Shown here: positions 9,956-20,986 of the stretch, piece by piece
Position numbering within the stretch: the first letter of the stretch is position 1
How the letters are laid out: each line of letters opens with the position of its first letter
Assembly (NCBI GenBank): GCA_024626585.2
Contig: JANKJI020000002.1
Coordinates: 17,907,739-17,928,724 of the forward strand
Direction: 5' to 3'
From: Ginkgo biloba
Lineage: Eukaryota > Plantae > Ginkgophyta
DNA length: 20,986 nt
Program-made: the position numbers and the translations under genes
The notes under the pieces: model-generated
Told to the model about the DNA's origin: nothing
The model's input: the letters and a program-made list of their open reading frames with translations, nothing else
The model's database searches: none

Positions 9956-11560
9956 GTAACTTAATAAGGGGGGGAAATCTAATCATATTATTCATAAAAA
10001 TGCATCCTTCCCTATATTACAAAACATAATAAAAAATGTAAATAGAGCCTAATCATTTGAATGCAATTAAAATTTGAAATTTAAATAATCCCCAATGGAA
10101 TAAAATACACATATATGAATATAAGGAGGCTTATATGCCTCTATAGTTTATGCACAAGAGATGATTGAATCTCAAGTCAACATAAGGCCATCTTTCCTCC
10201 AACATGGCCTTATGTGTATTTTTCTCCAAGATGTGTATTCTTAAATGAAATATCTTTCTAAATAGATTTATAGTCTACCTTTAAATTCCAAGTGATCTAG
10301 TGATCTAGGCTAGATTTAAAGAAGGAAGATAATTATCAACTTCAAATATACAACAACATTAAGACAATAATATTTTAAAAATCCATAGAATTAGTCTAAA
10401 ATTACTTGTGTTTAATTGCCAAAATTACTAATGGGGTCATAAGGGCAATGCCTTGGTTAGGGACCTATGAGCAATGCCCTTAGCAGAGTCTGAACATTAG
10501 AATTTGAGTCAGTATATCACCAATCCACACTTTGAAGTCTTTGGACTTTTGTTGAGGAAATTACATGTTAGACAAATTTATTAACCTCAGATGAATTTAT
10601 CAAAATTATACATAGTTATAGGTTTATTGTGAGTTTTGGCATGTACAATAAACTTACATAATTATAAGCAAAAGATGAACTTCTAATGAACACCATGATG
10701 GAAGTTGTTTATGAGATTTTAATTGATTTAAAATATCTATACAAAAGGGTTTTAGATCTTACTTCTAGAATGATGAAAGCATGCTTCTACAAGATGGTTA
10801 TCTCATCCAAACTTAGTAACAAGTTAAGTCATAGGTGCCAATTATTGAATCGTGCAATCTTACAAAATAATAAGAGGTGTGAAATGCTTAACGACAATGA
10901 AATAACAAATGGTTGTAAAAAAAAGAACAACGTAAATTAAAGTGTAAGACCATATAAGTTTATCAAATGATAAAATCATGAAAATTACATAAGGTACCAA
11001 TAATCATTATAGTGAAAAGTCATCCATCCTAGTAAAATAATAAAGATAGCTAAGAATATCAAAGTATTACAATGATGTGATAGAGTGACTTTGAGCCTCT
11101 AACATGCCATATCAACCATCACCTAATCTCATTTACCATATGAAAAAATATCATATCATCTAACTTTGAGCAAGAAGATCAAACAAAAGGTTTTTATAAT
11201 TGATTTGATAATTGCAACAAAAAGAAATATTACAGAAGATCCTTAGAGTTTAGAAGAAAGGGTTTTCTTTTTTTGTTCAAAGGGTGACTAGTTTGTTCCT
11301 TTAGATGTTTTTTCCTATAGGATTTTTTTAATCTCTATGACTTCATCTTCTTCTTTCTAAAGAATTATTATTATTATTCTATCTCTAAGTTATAGGACTA
11401 GAATTCTATCATCAATCTTTATTATAATATCGATAAAGCATTTTATGTTATTTTCTTATTAAACCAAATTTCTTTCATAAGACTATAACTTATAAACACA
11501 ATTTATATTCATTTTAAATTTTTTGTTATTGTATACTTTTTGAGTTCTAAGTCATATTTT

Positions 11561-11572
11561 TGGTATTAGAGT
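11561..11572 (+). other. Primer-binding site (tRNA-Met) of a gypsy element
   Basis: TGGTATTAGAGT equals TGGTATCAGAGC with two C>T changes, ~150 bp upstream of recognisable gag. Confidence 0.75.
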
Positions 11573-13632
11573 GAGGTTTCCTAACATTAGAAAATACCAC
11601 GAGTCAACAATTCCAATAGAGTCGACAATCATCTATGGGATAAATTTCTAACATGGGACGACAATCTTCAAGTAGATAGCATACTACCCAAAACTAACCA
11701 AATCTTGGAGGGATACAATATACACCTAAATTGGGTTTTCCTAAATTTTGAGGTGATGACCTCGCAAGTCAGTTGTATAGAGAAGAACAGTTATTTTCTA
11801 TCAGTCAAACACCCATAGATTAAAAACTTCCCATAGCTTAGTTCAACATGGAGCATGAAGTTATCCAATGGTATCATTAGTTGGAGAAACATATGGCACA
11901 CTCACATGGTATCAATTTTATCAGTACCTACCCACCCGATTTGGCTCAAGTGAATATGAGGACTTCACAAGGGAATTTACTAAATTAAGACAAAATTAGT
12001 TTATTTATGAATATTAGACATAATTTGAAAAAATAGCAAACTAGACAAGAGGGATAGATGATGATATTTTTTAAAGTTTATTTATTAGTGGCCTAAAGGA
12101 AGACGTCCACAATGAATTCAAAATGTTTAAACCCACCACCTTGATGGAAGTTATCAGGTTGGTTAAATTAGCTGAGGATAAATATGTTGCCCACTATTAT
12201 CCATATAATCCATCATAAGTCAAAACTCCATATCCATTTTGACAAACATCAAATCAAGGAACCTAACCACTACAATTGAAGTACCTGACTCATGAGGAGA
12301 TGGTCACTCATAGATTGAAAGGGTTGTGCTATAATTATGATGATAAATATGTACCGGGTCATAAATACATAAAGTGAAAACTATATATGTTAGATGTTGA
12401 GGCACCTTCTACGTCTAACATGTGGGACGCCTTAGAAAAAATTCTAGTTGAGGAATAACTCAGAGAGATTGCTTTGAATGATGACTCTAGTCCCAAAATT
12501 TTTGTACATGCATTAGTAGTGATCCCAACACCCCAAACTATATAAGTGTTTAGATACTTTAAGGGGCATCACTTAACCATCCTCATCAATTATATAAACA
12601 CTCATAATATCATCAACCCTTGGGTGGCCAAGAGCATAGCTTATTATGTTTATCCATGCAATAACTTTGAGGTGATGGTAGCTAATGGAGGTACCTTTTC
12701 TTGAAAGGGAAATTTTAAAATGTTAAGGTTTTAATGGGTGATTACAATCTACAATCTAACATGTTCTTACTTCTATTAGGTGATTATGGCATATTTTTAG
12801 GATTTTAGTGGCTTCAACCACTAGGACCCATTCCATCAGATTATGCTAAAATGTGGATGCAATTCGAGGTTAATGGGCAATAATATACCATAAAGGGCAA
12901 GAACACATAACCCACCCAAATTATTAGTTCATACATCATGGATAAGTTACTAAAAAAAGGGTCCTTAAGGGGTTATGGCTCAACTTTGTGCTATATAAAT
13001 GATATAAATGGTGTACTTAGATAAATTCTTGGACTTGGAAATAATCCTTAATAAGCACTCTCAAGTATTTACAAAACCTCAAGGATTACCACCTCAATTC
13101 TCACATGATCATATGATATAATTAATTCCAGGTAGGTAGCCACCAAATATTTGACTATATTGATACCCCTATATGTAGAAAATAAAAATTAAGAAGATGG
13201 TGTAGGAATTGTTGGATGCACAAGTCATTCAGTTGAGTATTAGCCCGTATTCCTCCTTGGTGCTCTTGGTCTAAAAGAAATATGGATCATGGTGGTTGTG
13301 TGTAGATTTTTTAGAGCTAAATAAAATTACTATCATGGATAAGTTCATCATTCCTTTGATTGATAAAATATTAGATGAATTACATGGAGCCCACCTCTTC
13401 TCCAAGTTAGATTTATGGTCCTACTACCATTAGATTCTCTTATAGGAAGAATATATCCCTAAGATAATTTTGAAAACTCACGAGGGCCACTGTGAACTTT
13501 TAGTGATGACATTTGGCCTCACCAATGCACCATCCACATTCCAAAGTCTATTGAACTAAACTTTTTGTCCATTCCTTCAAAAATTTATAATGGTCTTCTT
13601 CGATGACATTCTTGTTTACAGCAAGACATGGA
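11561..13632 (+). mobile_element. Degenerate Ty3/gypsy (chromovirus, Reina-like) 5' half: gag, protease, RT up to just past the catalytic DD motif
   Basis: Gag: PKLGFPKF*GDD...MEHEVIQWY, TRFGSSEYED..EFTKLRQ, FISGLKEDV..EFKMFKPTTL, KGLCYNYDDKYVPGH. Protease remnant: ILINYINTHNII (D>N at 12588), FEVMVANGG. RT: [64 protein letters not shown] (13593-13631). Many stops and frameshifts. Confidence 0.92.
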
Positions 13633-15191
13633 AAGTAAAATTATCTACAAGAAGGAAAATGAGAATGTTATGGGAGATGTCCTATCTTGCTAATTTAAAG
13701 ACTAGTGGACATTATATTATTTATCCTTACCAACTCCAAACTGGATTTAGGAGGTCAAACATGAGTGGTAGTAGGATACATAGGTTCAACAGATCATTCA
13801 TAAGCTAACAATTGATCCCACAACTAATCTAGGGTACTCTTTGGATGGCCAATACTTATGTTATAAAGGGTGTATCATTCTTTCTATGAATTTTTCTCTT
13901 TGGGATAAATTATTAAAAGAATTACATGTATCAACGTCCGTAGGAAATTTTATTTTCTTAAAGATGTATGAAAGAGAAAAGAGAAACTTCTTCTAGGATG
14001 GCATGAAACATGATATCAAAAAAAATATTCAAGAATGTGATACATGTCAGTGCCATAAAGAAGAAATCATTAGGAGTTTGGGTACTCTACAACCATTACC
14101 AATTCTGACTAAATTATAGACTGACATCTCCATGGCTTTTATTGAAAGGTTGCCTAAGTCAAGCGACAAATTGATTATTCTTTTAGCAGTTGGTCGTCAC
14201 TCTAAGTATACCCATTTTTTTTCATTGGCCCATCCTTATAAAGCATATACCATTTCATAAGCCTTCATTAACCAAATCTTCCACATCCATGGTATGCCTA
14301 CTTCCATTATTTGTGACTATGATCCCACATTCACTAGTAACTTATGGCAAGAACTATTTAAGTTAAAGGGGACATAACTAAAAATGAGATCAATATATCA
14401 CTTGCAAACTGATGGTCAAACAAAAATATTTAATAAATTCATAGAGACCTATTTACGTTGCTTTTCTTTAGAGCATCATACTCATTGGGCTAAGTAGCTA
14501 CCTCTCACTGAATGGTGGTACAACACATATTACTACTCTTCAACCAAGATGATACCATATGAAGTTGTTTATTTCCAACCACCACCATATATCATATCAT
14601 ACCTTCTAAGTAACTCTAAGGTACAAGTCATCAATTCAACTCTTAACCACCAAGAAAATCTACCATGGACTCTTAATAATAACCTATCACTTTCTTAGGA
14701 CCCTATGAAATAGTAGACAACTCAACACCATTCCAATCGCATATTCACTGAAAGGGATATGGTATTTTTATGCCTACAGCTGTATAAATAGACATCCTTG
14801 AAGCTCAGGGGGAGTCAAAATTTAGCACCAAAATTTTATGGACCTTACCTAGTGTTAAAATAGATTGGACAAGTCACTTATAAATTGGACCTACCTCTGT
14901 CTTCCAAGATATATCATATTTTCCATTTGTCTTATTTGACGAAGTTCCTTGGATAATGTGTTTGCATTCAATCATCACTTCTTCAATTGGACAATGAAGG
15001 ATCCATCATCCTTGAATCTAAGGCAATTCTAGAAAAATGTTGCCAACTCTATAATTGCACCATCACTAAGGTTTCGGTCTAGTAACAAGGCTTACCACTG
15101 AAAGGCGTAACTTGAGAACCTCTTCACCAACTTCCATAGTAGTTTTCATACCTAAATCTTTGAGGAAAAATATATCCAAAGGGGGAGGGCA
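13633..15191 (+). mobile_element. Degenerate chromovirus-type gypsy 3' half: RNase H tail, integrase, chromodomain, PPT
   Basis: RNase H end: IIYKKENENVMGDVLS (cf. IIYKKGKENVVADALS). Integrase: ECDTCQ, LQPLPI, DISMAFIERLPKS, HGMPTSIICDYDPTFTS, YHLQTDGQTK, EWWYNT, LAPKFYGPY. Chromodomain-like: ESKAIL...ITKVSV**QGLPLKGVT*EP. PPT AAAGGGGGAGGG at ~15178-15189. Confidence 0.92.
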
Positions 15192-15543
15192 TGTTAGGAC
15201 CCTTACATCCTAACCTTCTATTTTTATTACTTTATGAGCATTGTAATAATTATGATTTATTTATCTATCTCAGGAGCCATTTTTTATGTGGGGAAGACCC
15301 TTTAGCATTAGCGTTAGGTTTGTGATGCACATATATTAGAGTTGTAATGAAGTGATGAGCATCTTGAATCATAATTGTATCATAGCTCTTCTCTTAAGGA
15401 GGTTTTCCCCTCGACGAGGCCCATGATATTTTATATTTGATTCATGAATACAAGCATATTTGTATCAATTCAATGTGTTAATTGAGCATTCTATTTTTTT
15501 CGCATGTTGTTGTTTCTATTTTGATCATCTTTTGTAGGTAACA
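15192..15543 (+). repeat. 3' LTR (~352 bp) of the chromovirus element
   Basis: Starts TGTTA right after the PPT and ends TAACA (inverted termini). Pol-like coding sequence resumes just after 15543. Confidence 0.75.
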
Positions 15544-16787
15544 TTGTACTAATAAAGTAATGATAACCACATGAGTTGTTTCTACACCATATTTTTCTAA
15601 AATATTCATAATCAAATGTGATGCCTCAGGGTAAGGTATATGAGTCCTATTAATATAGGAAGGAAGGTCATTGATATTTAAAATATGATAGTTAAGCAAA
15701 AGATTCTTAGGGAAGCCCACTTATTGAAAGGAGATGCTAGCAATATTGCATGCAATATGGAAATGCCTATAATAGTGGATAGGAGTCCACTTCAAGGTAA
15801 ATAATGACCATGACAACCTCAATTATTTTCTCAAACCAAGGATCTCATCATCAGAATAATAGAAGTAGGTGTCCAAGGTTCATGGGTTTGACTTTGAAAT
15901 TATACACCAAAAAAAGAAAGCGGATTGTTGCGATTGATGCCTTATCTAGGAAGGAAGTAGAAGCTTCCATCTTCACCATGTGAAAGGAAATTCTAATTTG
16001 GACGGAGGACCTAAGGGAGGAATAGGGTCAAGACCTAAAATATCAATAGATAATACAAAAAATCCAACGAGGAGAGCTAAAGTCATCCTCTATTTCCTAG
16101 AAGGGGGACATATTATGTTATAACAATCCATTCTATGTCAACCCTCATTCTAAACTAAATAATTGCATTATGTAGGAAGAACATAATATTCCAATGATCG
16201 ACCATTTAAGGTTCTTTAATACCTATCAGTGAGTGAAGCAACCTTTTTTTTGGGGAAGGGCTAAAGAAGGATATTCAAGGATTTATATAAAAATATGAAC
16301 CATGACAAAAGAATAAAGGGAAAACAATGAAAGTTAGCAAGATCCTCCAACCCATTTCAATTCCAAAGCAAGGATGAAAAAAAATATCCATAGATTTTAT
16401 TATTGGTTTACCAAATCATAAGGAAAGGATGTTATCCTAGTGGTAGTATACAGGTTCACAAAGTATGCTCCCTTCTATGGAGTAAATTCAAACTATAAGG
16501 CAATTAGATTACACAGATTTTTTCTTAAGAGATTCATAGGTTGCATGGAGTTCCCAAGGTGATAGTCAACTACTGGGATAAAAAATTCACAAGTTTTGGA
16601 CAGATTTATTCAAGAAACTTGCCACCTAGTTAGTCATGATCTCTTCATACCACCTATAGAAAGATGGGCAACTCTGAAAGGTGATTAATAAGTTCTTAAA
16701 AGGATACCTTTGCAACTATGTTGATGATAAACAAAATTAGTGGAGAAGGTGGCTTCATTTGGAAAAATGGTAGTATAATACATCATA
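15544..16787 (+). mobile_element. Second degenerate gypsy pol segment: RT/RNase H connection, RNase H and integrase, running into a gap
   Basis: KVMITT*VVSTPYFSKIFIIKCDASG*GI, TY*KEMLAILHAI, HFKVNNDHDNLNYFL, VSKVHGFDFEII, DALSR, ILQPISIP, ISIDFIIGLP, VILVVVYRFTKYA, HRLHGVPKVIV, SSYHL*KDGQ, W*YNTS. Confidence 0.9.
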
Positions 16788-17686
16788 NNNNNNNNNNNNN
16801 NNNNNNNNNNNNNNNNNNNNNNNNNNNNNNNNNNNNNNNNNNNNNNNNNNNNNNNNNNNNNNNNNNNNNNNNNNNNNNNNNNNNNNNNNNNNNNNNNNNN
16901 NNNNNNNNNNNNNNNNNNNNNNNNNNNNNNNNNNNNNNNNNNNNNNNNNNNNNNNNNNNNNNNNNNNNNNNNNNNNNNNNNNNNNNNNNNNNNNNNNNNN
17001 NNNNNNNNNNNNNNNNNNNNNNNNNNNNNNNNNNNNNNNNNNNNNNNNNNNNNNNNNNNNNNNNNNNNNNNNNNNNNNNNNNNNNNNNNNNNNNNNNNNN
17101 NNNNNNNNNNNNNNNNNNNNNNNNNNNNNNNNNNNNNNNNNNNNNNNNNNNNNNNNNNNNNNNNNNNNNNNNNNNNNNNNNNNNNNNNNNNNNNNNNNNN
17201 NNNNNNNNNNNNNNNNNNNNNNNNNNNNNNNNNNNNNNNNNNNNNNNNNNNNNNNNNNNNNNNNNNNNNNNNNNNNNNNNNNNNNNNNNNNNNNNNNNNN
17301 NNNNNNNNNNNNNNNNNNNNNNNNNNNNNNNNNNNNNNNNNNNNNNNNNNNNNNNNNNNNNNNNNNNNNNNNNNNNNNNNNNNNNNNNNNNNNNNNNNNN
17401 NNNNNNNNNNNNNNNNNNNNNNNNNNNNNNNNNNNNNNNNNNNNNNNNNNNNNNNNNNNNNNNNNNNNNNNNNNNNNNNNNNNNNNNNNNNNNNNNNNNN
17501 NNNNNNNNNNNNNNNNNNNNNNNNNNNNNNNNNNNNNNNNNNNNNNNNNNNNNNNNNNNNNNNNNNNNNNNNNNNNNNNNNNNNNNNNNNNNNNNNNNNN
17601 NNNNNNNNNNNNNNNNNNNNNNNNNNNNNNNNNNNNNNNNNNNNNNNNNNNNNNNNNNNNNNNNNNNNNNNNNNNNNNNNNNNNNG
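16788..17686. other. Assembly gap (899 N)
   Basis: Run of N. Confidence 1.
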
Positions 17687-17745
17687 AGATTGAATTTTGT
17701 TTTGCATAATACATTGTTGTAAATTAGGGTTGCTATTCATGATAG

Positions 17746-18077
17746 AAAATCCTTTATATGCTAACTTCCTTTCACCATTTAGGGTTCACACACCAAGAGC
17801 CAAAGGACCCAAAGACTCACGCACTCACTTCCCACGGGCCCTTGCTTGATTTGTTTCAACTCCATCCCCATGGAGAATATTTCTCCACAATTATTTCCAA
17901 AATTCTCCTACTCCCTTAGTTTTGATAACTAGGGAGGAACAAGAGTTTGAATTTCTTTTTGCTAAGAACCTCTTAAACGATCAAAACCTCAAATGCCCAA
18001 CTTCAAGCCTTCAACAAAAAAATCCTTTAGATGTTTGCTTCCTTTCACCATTTAGGGTTCACACACCAAGAGCCAAA
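17746..18077 (+). repeat. Direct repeat pair (~59 bp with 40-bp identical core), 273 bp apart
   Basis: CTTCCTTTCACCATTTAGGGTTCACACACCAAGAGCCAAA at 17765-17804 and 18038-18077, each preceded by AAAATCCTTTA(T/G)ATG. Confidence 0.9.
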
Positions 18078-18138
18078 TTGTCAATCATGAGCCCCTCACA
18101 ATCACACCCAATGACATCAATCCCACAAGGTGTGTTTG

Positions 18139-18247
18139 NNNNNNNNNNNNNNNNNNNNNNNNNNNNNNNNNNNNNNNNNNNNNNNNNNNNNNNNNNNNNN
18201 NNNNNNNNNNNNNNNNNNNNNNNNNNNNNNNNNNNNNNNNNNNNNNN
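18139..18247. other. Assembly gap (109 N)
   Basis: Run of N. Confidence 1.
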
Positions 18248-19459
18248 TAAACCCACCACAAGTTGAGCTCACTTATCAAGTGTAGTAGGCCACATTCAAC
18301 CCATCACAATCACATGCTAGGAATGAATGTAAGCCTTTCAATTGGAAGTCAATTACCATTTAGACAACTGTGTCAACCATGGTTGGATGATAAGAAGTCA
18401 TAACCACTCAATCTTTTGAGCTTCATTCTCTCCATTTAGACCTATGTCCTCAAACAAGCAACAAACTACACCCCACAACCCTTCTTCTACAAGTAGGTAT
18501 AAATTCATGCAACAAACACCACCACAATCCATAACCCCAAGTGGCTATCGATAATGATGAGTGTTTGGAATACCACTCATACAATCATAACCATTACAAA
18601 CCAACCCATATTACAACTACCCATAATACCAAGCACCTACACAACAACTGCAACAATTGCCCCCATGACACCAAGTGTAGCACACATTTCAATCTATGCA
18701 AATGTGTAATAAGGACACCCATCATTTTCACAAGAAGTTTCATTTCTTTAATAACAACTTCCAACTAATCAAAATATTCCTACAAGATTTCAACCAACAA
18801 AGAAGTAAATATTTGGACAACCCACAATTGCAATATGGATGATACACCACCACCAAATCACAAGACTAACGCCATCATACTAAGCATCATAACATTACTT
18901 ACATTGTTATTATGCACGGCCTTTTAAAGCAAAATTGAATGCAATATAGATAAAGTAGCAACAAAAAGATCATCTGAGCATGAGCAAAAGATTGCAAAGG
19001 AGCACAGGATGGAAAGCCAACAACATGAGGTAATATTAGATCTTGAACATAAAGAACACGGAAGGGAGAAATCCTAATAAATGCTTAGTATTATACTTTA
19101 AAATATTTTCATATTATCTTCAAGTCAACAAAACTCTTATATTGATCTTGATATACCTTTAGTTATTGATTAATGTATCAAACTTTTTCTTCTATCTCAT
19201 GAACTAGCTGAGTTGATAAATTAATTCAGTCTTGTAGGTTATTTAATCCTAGTGGATTTCTATATCACTTCTTATATAAGTATTCAAATTATCTCATAAA
19301 ATATGCTAACTATTCTAAATTCTTGTACTCTAACTTTATTAAGTGCAAATAATCCTTCCAAATCGTTAGTCTTTGTATTATGTACATCTATAGTATGTCT
19401 TCAAGAACTTAGAGAAATCTTTATATTTTCTTATTTGTACGGGGATAATATGTTATCTT

Positions 19460-19559
19460 NNNNNNNNNNNNNNNNNNNNNNNNNNNNNNNNNNNNNNNNN
19501 NNNNNNNNNNNNNNNNNNNNNNNNNNNNNNNNNNNNNNNNNNNNNNNNNNNNNNNNNNN
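19460..19559. other. Assembly gap (100 N, probably an unknown-size placeholder)
   Basis: Run of exactly 100 N. Confidence 1.
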
Positions 19560-19640
19560 TTACAAAAGTTTTATATAGATTATATGAAAAATCATTTTTC
19601 AATGGAAGCAACTTTAGCTATTCTACTGCATTTGATGCTA

Positions 19641-19795
19641 GAACTCCCTAGATTTGATGGGTCATTAGGTTTCAATCCCACTACCCATGTTGATTCATAT
19701 GCCTTAGCAATACATGAATTACAATGACTTGGTGCTCAAGATATTTTCACTCTCACTTATGGGTGAGGCCTCAAAGTGGTTTTATAGGCTTGCCT
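19641..19795 (+). mobile_element. Gypsy gag fragment (Tat/Athila-type retrotransposon gag), degenerate
   Basis: ELPRFDGSLGFNPTTHVDSY, then after a frameshift DLVLKIFSLSLMGEASKWFYRL (cf. LPKFDG..P..H...; L+.F..SL.G.A..WF..L). Confidence 0.65.
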
Positions 19796-19904
19796 CTTGT
19801 CTTCAACCAACTACTTGTTTCACTTGGTAAGATTTTCAGTCTTGACATAATAATTTGTACCTGTCCCTTTAGTTTTGCAGACCACCACCATCAACAATGC
19901 AAAT

Positions 19905-20385
19905 AACTCATCTAATTTGATGATGCATATGGGCAAATTGCCATTCACTGAGATACCTAGGTAACCAACCATAGTGCTTGCCAGTTCTATAGGACAATTG
20001 CCTAGTTACATGGTATTTTATCAAATCATAAAATTGTGGGTGTTCATTCCCACCAAACATGCCACTATTTGCCCTATGGAAACACAACATCTCATCATTA
20101 TGTGGTGACACATGCCACTACACATACACATTTGTTGCCATTTTGTAGTAACACAACCCTGCTATGAGCACATTACACATTTGTACTTAAATTTGGTCTA
20201 CATCAACAAAATACTCACTTGGAGTTTTTCACTCTACCCAACAAGGGTCGCACTTACTTTACAATTTCAACTACCACACAATTGATTCTCCTCCTCTGAG
20301 GAGTTACAACAAGGGACACTTTATTTCATTAAACATTTCACTCTCACCAACACTGTACTTTGTGATTTCTAGACTTCTACCCCTT
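19905..20385 (-). pseudogene. Decayed minus-strand ORF of unknown identity, probably TE-associated
   Basis: One frame reads about 160 codons with scattered single stops (...SKCDPCWVE*KTPSEYFVDVDQI*VQMCNVLIAGLCYYKMATNVYV*WHVSPHNDEMLCFHR...HPQFYDLIKYHVTRQLSYRTGKHYGWLPRYLSEWQFAH...). No family recognised. Confidence 0.3.
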
Positions 20386-20986
20386 ACTTCATATCACCAA
20401 ATTCTAGAAAAAACTTGTCACATTACAAAATATCAAGGCAAACATACTGATTTAGGTCGTCATAGTGCTATCTTCACAAGCAGTCCACAAAATTTACCTC
20501 TTTCTCTCTACAATAGCTGATGGAATTTATTTTGTGTGACATTTGTTCCATCTCTGCTCCTCTATTTGTTTACAACTAGGATTTCTCCTCTGCCGTTTGT
20601 TTGTTGCTCCTCTGCTCTGTTGTGCTCCTCGTGCTTTCTTTACTTCTCTCTACGTGGATATCTATTCTCTTGCTCTCTCGACATCTTCATCCTCTGCTTA
20701 AAGATTTACTAATTCATCTTGGGCTGTGACCTATTGTATTCTTGGGTGACTCAATTTTACGACACTGTGACCTCACATTACAATTGTGCATGTATATCCG
20801 TCTTCTTGTTTTCTTTTCCATAACAAGCAAGGCTAGCTCTTCTCCAAACTTGCAATCACAAATTCAACAAGGTTCTTTACACTATGGGATCTTACTTATC
20901 CCATTCACCTAGGGGATCTCTCTTGCCCCTTTAACCTTGGACACTTCACTTGTCCACTCCTTGAGCTCTCCAATGGCTCATTCCAC

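Noticed and set aside
9537-10940. ORFs 9537-9725 (-) and 10686-10940 (+)
   Set aside because: Low-complexity AT-rich translations with no recognisable motifs.
15478-15720. Minus-strand 80-aa ORF
   Set aside because: Antisense of the degenerate RNase H region and LTR end.
16685-18279. ORFs spanning the 899-N and 109-N gaps
   Set aside because: Artefacts of translating N runs.
18248-19100. C/A-rich stretch with ORF 18541-18768, possibly a Gln/Pro-rich gag N-terminal region
   Set aside because: No diagnostic motif; probably TE-derived but cannot be supported from sequence alone.

Overview
Plant nuclear DNA from a gapped draft assembly with four N-gaps. The deeply decayed LTR retrotransposons suggest a large gymnosperm-like genome, but that is inference. 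Bases 1-2675 hold the 3' part of a HAESA/HSL1-like LRR receptor kinase (LRR-RLK subfamily XI): 14 intact LRRs with the RxR peptide-binding motif, a C-cap, a transmembrane helix and the juxtamembrane segment. Homology stops just before the kinase GxGxxG loop (~1331) and resumes only at kinase subdomain XI (~2505); non-kinase DNA and an 834-N gap lie between. A moderately GC-rich unique flank (~2.7-5.1 kb) contains a small foldback element. From ~5.1 kb onward the window is AT-rich transposon debris. It includes a minus-strand Ty1/copia relic lacking most of pol and an apparently nested, deleted pair of chromovirus-type Ty3/gypsy elements (11.5-16.8 kb). It also includes a Tat/Athila-type gag fragment and an unidentified decayed minus-strand ORF. 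I see no convincing new multi-gene system. The most interesting points are the missing kinase core (a kinase-less receptor or an assembly artefact) and the chimeric gypsy structure.
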